Source: Candidatus Nomurabacteria bacterium (GTDB lineage: Bacteria > Patescibacteriota > Dojkabacteria > SC72 > JAHDCA01). Taken from it: a DNA stretch of 64,000 bases. Each line of letters opens with the position of its first letter. Position 1 is the stretch's first letter. Shown here one piece after another: positions 19,722 to 28,046 of the stretch. The translations under genes and the position numbers were made by a program. The stretch is from assembly GCA_020632375.1 (NCBI GenBank), contig JACKFR010000001.1:85106-149105 (forward strand), read 5' to 3'. Under the pieces are notes generated by a model. That model searched no databases and was not told the DNA's origin. It saw only the letters and a list, made by a program, of their open reading frames with translations.

Positions 19722-19973
19722 ATCCACCTCGATATAGTAACGGTTTACCGGCAGATCGATCCGCGCTTGAACTAATTCTCCATTCTGTCCTATGCGATAT
19801 CTGTATATAAACTCAGGATTTTCAGGATAGACTTGGTATACAATAACTGGTACTCCAGGCGCTATTCTTGCCCCGGATTCGTCAAATACAGCGCCGTACT
19901 CATACTCTCCACCATCTCCGCAGGTCACTTTTCCAGGGTCTACCTCTATAAGGCTTTTATCTGTAAGAATCAT
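19707..19973 (-). CDS. Hypothetical small protein
   Basis: 88-aa ORF, convergent with the regulator. No motif recognised. Confidence 0.4.
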   Translation of the reverse strand: MILTDKSLIEVDPGKVTCGDGGEYEYGAVFDESGARIAPGVPVIVYQVYPENPEFIYRYRIGQNGELVQARIDLPVNRYYIEVDSPVG

Positions 19974-20056
19974 GGTGCTAGTTATATCTGGATTTAAGAG
20001 AATACTTCAATCTTATTTGTCGGAATTAATAGGATGTTAGGAGTTTTTAGCGTAGA

Positions 20057-20971
20057 CTAACTATCTACAAACAATGTATCTAGCTTCCCGTTGTAGTGTA
20101 CCCATGATAAATACAAGTCATAAGGATCAATTTGCTGCTTGGGTCTAAATGGTCCATCATTCCTGTATGCAAGTTCAAAGTGAAGATGTGGCTCATCCCA
20201 TCTTTTTTCTTGATCTTTGGGAGGGATTCGAAAAGGAATATTGTCTTCATCATAATCTGTATTACCCCAAAAGAGTGGACTTTCACCCGTGTATCCGATC
20301 AAATCTCCCTGATTAACATGGGTTACATATGGGCTTCCAGCTTGGTGGAAAGTGAAAAGATCATTTGGAGTCCATAAGTAGCTTTCTTGCTCTTCAACCG
20401 TTTGCCCAGTGTGATAACCGTAAATAAATTTAAGCCATGGGAAATCGTCAATCAGCTGTTTCTGTTCCTTAATAAGACTCGCTAGCTGTGTTTCTGTTAA
20501 TTTCCCAGATCTACGCTTTTGGTTTCTCCTTCTGAGTGAACCTATAATATCCATCTCTATTGGGGCAGTCATCTTTGGAGTTATTGATTCGGCAAAACCA
20601 GATAAATGACCATACTGAGTGAATACTCCGCCTGAAACGTCAGAAATATCAGGAGGGTGATAAATTTGTACAGCCAATCCGAAGCCGTTTCCAATTGGTA
20701 ACCCATCTAAAATCCTGATTGTTCCATCACGGTTTCTTACGACAAATCGATGATAAAAGGCTACAGCATAGCCAGCTGAAGCAGCATATACTGGCGTTCC
20801 CGGTTGCGCCTCATAATCAATACCTCCGTGAAAATAGACACCATGCTGTCTTCTTTCAGCTTTGGAGTAGATATAACCTTCGGTGATAGGGTATTTATGC
20901 GAACCAAGTGGGTGAACCAGAAATGGCGCTGGGACTACTTCTGGGCGAGATCTTTCTTTTATTGTTGTCAT
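20057..20971 (-). CDS. M23-family metallopeptidase with a long internal insertion and no signal peptide
   Basis: HGGIDY (HxxxD) with GTPVYAASAG near the N-terminus. YGHL, then about 90 extra residues, then GDLIGYTGES and PHLHFELAY (HxH). Confidence 0.8.
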   Translation of the reverse strand: MTTIKERSRPEVVPAPFLVHPLGSHKYPITEGYIYSKAERRQHGVYFHGGIDYEAQPGTPVYAASAGYAVAFYHRFVVRNRDGTIRILDGLPIGNGFGLAVQIYHPPDISDVSGGVFTQYGHLSGFAESITPKMTAPIEMDIIGSLRRRNQKRRSGKLTETQLASLIKEQKQLIDDFPWLKFIYGYHTGQTVEEQESYLWTPNDLFTFHQAGSPYVTHVNQGDLIGYTGESPLFWGNTDYDEDNIPFRIPPKDQEKRWDEPHLHFELAYRNDGPFRPKQQIDPYDLYLSWVHYNGKLDTLFVDS

Positions 20972-21060
20972 GGGGGATTATATCATTAAACTTAGCCTGA
21001 CTGTTTGAAACACTTAGAACTCTTCAAGTATTGTCACTAACATCCCGATGTAATTACTAT

Positions 21061-21794
21061 GGATCTAGGCCGGTTTAGAGTGGACTTTTTTCTAAACTCT
21101 TTCATAAAGCGTATCATAAATTTCTCCTCTGTGATTCCATCGCCATTCAGACTCTTTTAGGTGAAAATTAAACATCTCGTCTGTCAAACCATTAAATTTA
21201 GCTAAACGCCTTTTGGTAAAGCTCCAGAAGCTCTCAATACCGTTTACATGTGCCTTGCCTCTAACAAATTCATCTTTACTGTGATACACACGGTAGTGAT
21301 CATATCCATTCAAAATTAGTCCGTCATAACTCTTCCAACCATCTGAATATATTGTTGATCCTTCTAGCACTTTACCCTCAATTATTGGCATAAGTTGTTC
21401 TTTCCTGCAATTCTTGACTACATTTACAAATACTTTACTATCTCGTTTTAGAATACCGAATACAGGGGTTTTACCTTCTGCTCCACGACTTTTTTCCCTC
21501 TAACTCTTTTAGCTCCAAAATATGATTCATCTACTTCAAACTTACCAAGTTCTGCTGTTGAAGCAAGTGATATCTCGACTATTCTTTGCGTCATTAATTT
21601 GAATAATCTGTTGATTGTATTTCTATTCACCCCTGAGTATCTGGCTGTTTTAGAGGCTGTCTCATCTTCTGAAAAATACTTCAAAATCTCTCTGAATTTA
21701 CGCTCCGAAATGTGTGCTCTGTTTAGATACTTGTTTTTCATTCTCTAAGACTAAAATATTTAAAGGTTAAGCACCTCTAAACGAGTCTAGACCC
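21061..21794 (-). mobile_element. IS1595-family insertion sequence (about 734 bp) with imperfect terminal inverted repeats
   Basis: GGATCTAGGCCGGTTTAGAGTGG (21061-21083) matches the reverse complement of 21771-21794 (GGGTCTAGACTCGTTTAGAGGTGC) at about 17-18 of 24 positions. These flank the transposase reading frames. Confidence 0.7.
21092..21741 (-). pseudogene. IS1595-family (ISXO2-like DDE) transposase split by a frameshift
   Basis: N-terminal frame 21741-21448 and C-terminal frame 21391-21092 (STIYSDGWKSYDGL, HVNGIESFWSFTKRRL). The third frame bridges them (KSRGAEGKTPVFGILKRDSKVFVNVVKNCRKEQLMPIIEG). Shift lies at the A6 run (T6 on the + strand, 21490-21495). Confidence 0.8.
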
Positions 21795-21875
21795 TAAGTT
21801 TTTTTCAGTTCGTTTCGGCACCAATGAATCATAAAAATACACTTTGGATGTAAAGAGGTAGCGAAAAGACAGCTC

Positions 21876-22898
21876 TTGAAACTGGAAATAGGGTTTGATA
21901 CCATGACAGGCATGAGTCATCATAATGTTGGTTTCAATTCACCAGGTGTTACTTTAGGCATTTCGCCCCAGGAAATCGATGATCGAGCTAGAAACGAGCG
22001 ACTTAAAAGGCAAGAATTAGAAGAAACAAGACGAAGGCTAGATGGTTTACCTGGTACATATGTTCTTGCGCTTACGCCCGATCAAGTTTATTACGCTTGG
22101 ACACCAGATACAGTCTCTCAGTCAAGAAACCTAGCTTTGGAAGACAGTTCTTTAAGTGAGTATCTGGACTGGTTGGTCGGTGCAGGTAAGAGCGATAGCG
22201 CTAGGCGGTTTTACCCTTTTGGGGAGGCCATTAAGAGACGTTTTATAAACACTATAGGAGGGCTTGCACTGCTGTGTTATCCACAACTACAGTATCTTTG
22301 GTTGTCGGGTGGGGGAGATTCGGACCAATCAGCAGATGTTGGAGAAAACATCCCTTTAAGCGCACACCTTGCAAAGTCAGTTACACTTGCTCCCCCGGAG
22401 TTACAGAAACAGTTACCTAATTCTTTCGAGATAGCCGAGGAACAGGTTCGTAAATATAGAGGTCTGATAGGGAGTTTGATTAATCCGGTCACTGGAGCAG
22501 TTAAAAGATCAAATGATTTTGAAGAGCTTACAGCGAAACTCTCCAATTCACGACAATTCAAAGCCTGGTTACCAATTGTAGAAATTATTCGAAGGCAATT
22601 TACTGACTCAATTTCTTCTGAGTTGAGAGGGCAAAATGATCCTTTCAGACAGATTAATTATAAATGGTATTACCAGCCAGAGCGATTGATTCAACCTATA
22701 AATAGGTTAGTGGCGTTAGGCGCAATATCTTTAGGATACTGGCCCGGTGTTTTATCGCATATTGCCGATGTTTGTTTAAAAGATAGCAGCGTCCCAGTCA
22801 ATTACCGAGATGAGATATTAACTGGTTTCGTAAATGCTGGCTTAGAACAGGAGCTGCGAAAAATTGTTGGAAAACGTGGTGGGCTAGGGGTTTATTGA
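21876..22898 (+). CDS. Hypothetical protein
   Basis: 340-aa ORF (TTG start) with no TM segment and no motif recognised. Confidence 0.5.
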   Translation: MKLEIGFDTMTGMSHHNVGFNSPGVTLGISPQEIDDRARNERLKRQELEETRRRLDGLPGTYVLALTPDQVYYAWTPDTVSQSRNLALEDSSLSEYLDWLVGAGKSDSARRFYPFGEAIKRRFINTIGGLALLCYPQLQYLWLSGGGDSDQSADVGENIPLSAHLAKSVTLAPPELQKQLPNSFEIAEEQVRKYRGLIGSLINPVTGAVKRSNDFEELTAKLSNSRQFKAWLPIVEIIRRQFTDSISSELRGQNDPFRQINYKWYYQPERLIQPINRLVALGAISLGYWPGVLSHIADVCLKDSSVPVNYRDEILTGFVNAGLEQELRKIVGKRGGLGVY

Positions 22899-23649
22899 TA
22901 AAAGTATTTCTAATCGAACTCTCTTATTCAAATCTAAATTCGAACTTTGTACCATATCTGCTTACCCCATTCTTTGCCAAGGTTATTAGAATCTGATAGG
23001 AAAGGATACTATTTAAGAAGTGAAGTACTGTTCTGCAGTGTCATGACAACCTGTTTGGCTCTTTCAATCTTCGTCGCGTGATCAACTATGATCACAATTA
23101 TATTGAGGGATTTTGTTCTTTCAGCAAGCACATCGAGTATTGCCGAGCGCAGCTTTGTTTCATCATCTTCATAAATTCGTGAAAACGGTATCTCTTATAT
23201 AAGGCAAATGACCTACAATACTAAGGATTACCGCAATCAGTCCTAAGGCCTCTTTCATTGTACGTATTATATTGGTTGAAAAATATCTTAAGGATGCTCA
23301 TTTCCTAGGGTTAGTTGAGACAGCATCCAACTGACCCTACATAACAGAGGATGCTAATAGTTGTTTTGTAAAAATGCAAAAAACTATGTGGAATACTTCT
23401 TTAGTCAGCGGTTTCAGTCATCTAAAGTTCTCCAATGAAAAAATTTCCCAGCGATCAAACAGTTATGAGCGAGTATTCGGCACTTTAATATGAAATATCT
23501 TGAAAGTGATCGCGTAGTTGACAATGCGAAAAAAGTTAACTCGTCCTATATGTTTTATTGCACTAATCTTTTAGTGCAGGAAGAAAAGTTTCTTAATGGT
23601 GAGATACTCCGTTGGGTGGAGGATGTTAGAAACTGATATAATCAACTAT

Positions 23650-23988
23650 ATGCAAGTAGTAGAAGACAAAATTACAATTGATGAATTAAAGATCCTTGCT
23701 AACAAGATATTTGGTGATCTTGTGAAGGCTGTTGTAGACATTGATAAAAGTATACTTGTTGTCGACTCAGATCTACACTCGGATGAAGAGGCATACTTGC
23801 TGGAAAATGGTTCAAAACAAGAAAACCTTTGGGGGATAAATATATATCCAGAGCTTGGGATGCCAGATAGAATAGAGTTTGATTCAATGATAAACATTAG
23901 ACCTTCCCAAGGAAATAATTCTAGAAGTATAGATGATCCAAAGACTAGAGAAAAGATTCTAGAAATTGTTAGCAAGAAGATTTCTTAA
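23650..23988 (+). CDS. Hypothetical protein, DUF5674-like
   Basis: Resembles from memory a conserved small family (DELKILANKIFGDLVKAVVDI, ENGSKQENLWGINIYPE, DSMINIRPSQGN). ATG at 23650 preferred over 23596. Confidence 0.55.
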   Translation: MQVVEDKITIDELKILANKIFGDLVKAVVDIDKSILVVDSDLHSDEEAYLLENGSKQENLWGINIYPELGMPDRIEFDSMINIRPSQGNNSRSIDDPKTREKILEIVSKKIS

Positions 23989-23996
23989 AGATAGCT

Positions 23997-24332
23997 ATGA
24001 ACCAACACTCTTCTCAACTAAAAACGGTATGGAATAAAAAGCCATTTCTTGAACAGATGGCTAATATTGGTAGTGAGGTGCATAGGGCAATAAATTGGAA
24101 AGAGAGGGGGAACCTCGAATATGCTCAAGCTGCATTTGTCAGGTCTCTTGAGTTGTTTGATATATCTAAAGATTCACCTCTAACCCGTGGTCAGTTCAAG
24201 GAGCTGTGTCGGACTAGAGAGCTATGGGTTGATTTCTTTGCATATGAAAATCTTTACAGTTCAAATTCGTTGTTTTTCAAAAAGTACTTTGATTTGCTTA
24301 CAATTGCATTTAGGAACAAAAGGCTTGTATAA
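23997..24332 (+). CDS. Hypothetical helical protein
   Basis: 111-aa ORF 8 nt after the previous gene. No motif recognised. Confidence 0.45.
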   Translation: MNQHSSQLKTVWNKKPFLEQMANIGSEVHRAINWKERGNLEYAQAAFVRSLELFDISKDSPLTRGQFKELCRTRELWVDFFAYENLYSSNSLFFKKYFDLLTIAFRNKRLV

Positions 24333-24427
24333 TCAGTTGGAGAACTCAGTAAAGTGCAAGACTTCGTCTGCTGGAGGATGTTAGTAACTCTACTCTTAGC
24401 TTCCGCTGAAAACGGAGAGCGAGAAGA

Positions 24428-24754
24428 GTGATGCCTGCTAAAAGAGAAGAGCTCAAGAGGATGTTGGACGAAGGCACCAACATGACCTTACTCGACGTTT
24501 TGCCGGAAGAGTATTTTAAGAAAGAGCATATTCCTGGGTCAATAAATATACACAAAAGCAAGATCGAAGAAGAAGTTCCAGCAAAAGTTTCTAAAGATAA
24601 ACCTGTTGTAACTTACTGCGCATCGTTTGAGTGCACATCATCAATCCAAGCGGCGGCAGTGCTTGAAAGTATGGGGTATGATGTTTATGAATTTGATGGC
24701 GGGATGGATGATTGGAAAGATGCTGGGTATAATGTGGAAGGATCTAAGCAGTAA
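24428..24754 (+). CDS. Rhodanese-domain protein (single domain)
   Basis: Active-site loop context VVTYCASFECTSS with C-terminal GGMDDWKDAGY, typical of rhodanese homology domains. Confidence 0.8.
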   Translation: MMPAKREELKRMLDEGTNMTLLDVLPEEYFKKEHIPGSINIHKSKIEEEVPAKVSKDKPVVTYCASFECTSSIQAAAVLESMGYDVYEFDGGMDDWKDAGYNVEGSKQ

Positions 24755-25627
24755 TTGCTGCTAGCTAAAAATATGCACACTTCTCCATCACTAAAACAAA
24801 GAACAGTTGAACAAATCGGGATTGGCTCTGAAAGTGCTGCTATTAGAGCGGGTGACCCGAATAATTATGACGAAGTCATCAGGCTACAAGAACTTTTGAA
24901 TTCTGAGGGCTATCTTAGATATTTCTCTCCACCGAATGATCTCTCTACTGGTGCTCAAATGAACTTCTCTTATATTGATGCCATGTCGATGCTTAACCAA
25001 GATCCGAATACTAGGCTAAAGAAGCTCCTTGAGAAAAGTTCTCGATCTAGTGCCAGATTTATAATTAGTCGCTCAGCACTGCATTATGACAACTCACATG
25101 GAGAATTACAAGGATTAGTTTGTGTTGGGCTAGATAATAATTATAAATCACTTCATGATGAGCTTGAAGTAATTAGAGTCGAAAAGGGGCTACCATTACT
25201 TCAGTTTTCTCCATATCCTAGACTTGAGATAGCATGTATGAAACATCCTGATGCTATGGGTAAACAGATCGGATCAGGTGTCAGACAAGTTTTATATCAA
25301 GTGTATCAAGCCGCAAGCCATGTTATTGAGGTTCAGAAGTTGAATGATGGGACTTATCGAGTAGACCGTTTTGCCCACCTGGAAGATAAATCCCCGTCTT
25401 CATCTGATACAAGACAAGAATTAGAGAAAGGTTTGAGAGAGGGAATTACGGTCGGAACACCTGTCGTAGTCATTGCATACATAGAGCCTGACAACATAGG
25501 TTCAGTTAGAGTCGCATTATCTGCAGGTTTTGTCTTGATTAATTCACAGCGTTCACATCATGTTTATCAACTTGACTGGAATTTATGGCAGGAGAAGCTG
25601 AGAACAGGTAGGTTTGAATTGAGATAA
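24755..25627 (+). CDS. Hypothetical protein, possibly GNAT-fold
   Basis: Weak GNAT-like motif A (MGKQIGSGV) and C-terminal NIGSVRVALSAGF. The call is tentative. Confidence 0.35.
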   Translation: MLLAKNMHTSPSLKQRTVEQIGIGSESAAIRAGDPNNYDEVIRLQELLNSEGYLRYFSPPNDLSTGAQMNFSYIDAMSMLNQDPNTRLKKLLEKSSRSSARFIISRSALHYDNSHGELQGLVCVGLDNNYKSLHDELEVIRVEKGLPLLQFSPYPRLEIACMKHPDAMGKQIGSGVRQVLYQVYQAASHVIEVQKLNDGTYRVDRFAHLEDKSPSSSDTRQELEKGLREGITVGTPVVVIAYIEPDNIGSVRVALSAGFVLINSQRSHHVYQLDWNLWQEKLRTGRFELR

Positions 25628-25828
25628 GGATAGTTTTAGTCTATGCAACTGTGCAATACTTCTATGACAAACTGCGAGAAGATTCGGCAGAGGTTGACCT
25701 GTGATTGGGTAGGCATATCTTAAATGGTTTGCCACCGAACAGTTAATCGCTTCTACTACATTTATAACCATCCACTCAGCTCTAGGTTAATCTATAAGTT
25801 TTATGGCATTTTGATTTAATAACAAAAA

Positions 25829-25900
25829 CTCCGCGGAGAGGATTCGAACCTCTAACCCGCTGATTAACAGTCAGCTGCTCTACCATTGAGCTACCGCGGA
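25829..25900 (-). tRNA. tRNA-Asn (anticodon GTT)
   Basis: Hand-folded on the minus strand: TCCGCGG-TA-GCTC-AATGGTA-GAGC-A-GCTGA-CTGTTAA-TCAGC-GGGTT-AGAGG-TTCGAAT-CCTCT-CCGCGGA-G. Confidence 0.9.
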
Positions 25901-25971
25901 TTATCTTTGACACGACATTATACTTATACACCAACCGAATCGCAATAATATTCCGCATAAAGCTCATCTGT

Positions 25972-26601
25972 CTATCTTCCAATATAATCTGGTGTGATCA
26001 GGTACAAATCAATATATGCCTTATGGATTGCGAAAAATTCACGAAACTTAAAAAAGCTTTCTCCAAAATAATGTTTTTCAGTGGCGGAAATCCCGACCGC
26101 ATCTAGACCAAGTTCTGTACATAGCTGGATCGCGCGAGGCAAATGATACCCTTGTGTAATAAGTATTGCTTCATCGACTGCAAAAAAACGCTTGGCTCGA
26201 ATACAAGTATCGTATGTTCTGTTACCATATGGATCAATCATAAGAATCTCTGCAGGGATTCCTTTCTCTTTGGTTAAATATTCATACATTACTGTCGTTT
26301 CATTTCTGGTTAGATCGGAGTCATTACCAGAAAGTAGTAAGCGGTCTATTTTTCCGCTTTCATATAGCATGACCGCTTCGTCTAGTCTGTCACGAAGCAT
26401 CTCTGCAGGTTCGTAATCAAGTGTCACTCCAGCACCGAGAACTATTCCGACACGATGCTTATCTACTTTTGTTACATCTTTGTATATTTTTTGGCGGCCG
26501 CTAAGGTATGTATAGACAGGAGGGATCAAAACCAGCAACATCGCAATTATTACGACACCTGTGAAAAGGTTTCTTTTGGAGACAAGCTTCATTTGAATCA
26601 A
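25972..26601 (-). CDS. DUF218 / SanA-YdcF-family membrane-anchored protein
   Basis: N-terminal TM helix followed by GIVLGAGV, LLLSGNDS and YDTCIRAKRFF, typical of SanA/ElyC-like DUF218 proteins. Confidence 0.65.
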   Translation of the reverse strand: MIQMKLVSKRNLFTGVVIIAMLLVLIPPVYTYLSGRQKIYKDVTKVDKHRVGIVLGAGVTLDYEPAEMLRDRLDEAVMLYESGKIDRLLLSGNDSDLTRNETTVMYEYLTKEKGIPAEILMIDPYGNRTYDTCIRAKRFFAVDEAILITQGYHLPRAIQLCTELGLDAVGISATEKHYFGESFFKFREFFAIHKAYIDLYLITPDYIGR

Positions 26602-26667
26602 TTGTCTTCAAAATTTAAAGTATATTCAGTACAATGCAGTATAAGATAATTTAAAGAAAAAGTCGTT

Positions 26668-27216
26668 GTGAAGAAATTCATAAATCTCAGGCATCTGTGT
26701 ATATTAATTTTATTGATAACATCAATTATTGTCGTACCATCTTCAGTTAGTGCTCAAGAAACCACAGCGGTAGATACGAATTCTGTTCCGACTTATGTGC
26801 TTTATGTTCATGAAGACTGTCCTCACTGTAAAAAAGTTGAAGCATTTATTGCTGATAATAATCTTGAAGATCAAGTTGACAGCCGAGAATTGAAGAATAA
26901 TGACAAGCACATGAAAGAGCTCGAAGCATTATGGGATGAGTTTAATCTCCCTGACAATGAGAGAGGGTGGCCATTTATGCTGATCGATGACAATGGCGAC
27001 CGTAGTTATGTATCAGGTGATAGCCCAATTATTGCAGAACTTGGAAATACTTTCGGGATCTCTGTTCCTAATGATAGTGCTGGTAATAGTTCGACGACCA
27101 CTTCTTCATCAAACACCTCTACTGCCGATACACTGCTTTTAGTTTTAGGTGGTGTCGTAGTTTTCGCAATAGTCGGCTATGCGGTATATTCTTCTATTAA
27201 TGACTCAAAAAAATAG
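26668..27216 (+). CDS. Secreted thioredoxin/glutaredoxin-fold protein with C-terminal membrane anchor
   Basis: Signal peptide, redox motif CPHC (HEDCPHCKKVEAF), Ser/Thr-rich linker, C-terminal TM helix. GTG start. Confidence 0.65.
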   Translation: MKKFINLRHLCILILLITSIIVVPSSVSAQETTAVDTNSVPTYVLYVHEDCPHCKKVEAFIADNNLEDQVDSRELKNNDKHMKELEALWDEFNLPDNERGWPFMLIDDNGDRSYVSGDSPIIAELGNTFGISVPNDSAGNSSTTTSSSNTSTADTLLLVLGGVVVFAIVGYAVYSSINDSKK

Positions 27217-28045
27217 CGTAAAAAAAGAATTAAGTGAAAGATCAGAGACTAGACTCCCGATTGCATCAGGAAGCTTTTACCCATCTGATAAGCTCGAACT
27301 TACCGAACGCGTAAGTGATTTAATATCTCAGTCAGGTCAAAACCCACTTGCAGGAGTTAAAGCATTAATAGTACCTCATTCTGGCTATGATTATGTGGGC
27401 AGTCTATATGGAAAAGCTTATTCTGCTATTTCTGATTCAAGTATTGACGAGGTTTTTGCTTTGTCTGGATCTTTTTTTCACAAACTTGAAAGTGTTTCGT
27501 TTTGTGATTTTCGCTTTTGGGAAATACCCAACGGCAAAGTTGAAGTCTCGCATAGATTAGACAAAATTATTCATTCAGATGACCCTTCAATTCAAAATAT
27601 CCTTAAGAGAAACAACTCTGCCCATATGGGAGAGCATTCAATTGAAGTTCAGCTTCCATTTCTAATGGAAGCGTTAGGGAGTAGTTTTAGGCTTATTCCC
27701 ACTATGATTGATGGTGTCAGCCCAAGGTTAGCTGCAAACGCCTTAGTCGAACAGATAGATCAAAATGACTTATTAATAGGCGTAAGTGAGTTGTCGAGAG
27801 GTTATCCGAAAGATTATGCAATAGATATTGATAAAGTCGCTATCGATTCAATCCTGCAAATGGACACAGACAAGATTCAATCAGAAATGTTTGAAGCATC
27901 TTTTCCTCTAGTTATAGCTGTCGTAAATGAAATTGCAAAGGCAAAAAGCTGGAAGCCACAATTGCTTGAATATACAACGTGTCCAATATCTCAGGAAAAT
28001 CCTCGTAAGGTAATTGGTTGTGTGGCCATCGCATATACTCAGTAG
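27200..28045 (+). CDS. MEMO1-family protein (AmmeMemoRadiSam system protein B type)
   Basis: ASGSFYP, ALIVPHSGYDYVGSLYGKAY and EHSIEVQLPFL are family signatures. Start at 27179 or 27200. Confidence 0.8.
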   Translation: MTQKNSVKKELSERSETRLPIASGSFYPSDKLELTERVSDLISQSGQNPLAGVKALIVPHSGYDYVGSLYGKAYSAISDSSIDEVFALSGSFFHKLESVSFCDFRFWEIPNGKVEVSHRLDKIIHSDDPSIQNILKRNNSAHMGEHSIEVQLPFLMEALGSSFRLIPTMIDGVSPRLAANALVEQIDQNDLLIGVSELSRGYPKDYAIDIDKVAIDSILQMDTDKIQSEMFEASFPLVIAVVNEIAKAKSWKPQLLEYTTCPISQENPRKVIGCVAIAYTQ

Positions 28046-28046
28046 A

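Noticed and set aside
21470-21500. Programmed -1 ribosomal frameshifting in the IS transposase at the A6 run.
   Set aside because: In the upstream frame the run reads GGG AAA AAA GTC, which is not a canonical X XXY YYZ heptamer. IS1595-family transposases are normally single ORFs, and the run is too short for efficient transcriptional slippage. A 1-nt deletion or a homopolymer sequencing error is the simpler explanation.
25782-25982. A 66-aa minus-strand ORF in the track.
   Set aside because: It is superimposed on the tRNA-Asn gene (25829-25900), and its translation reflects the tRNA sequence.
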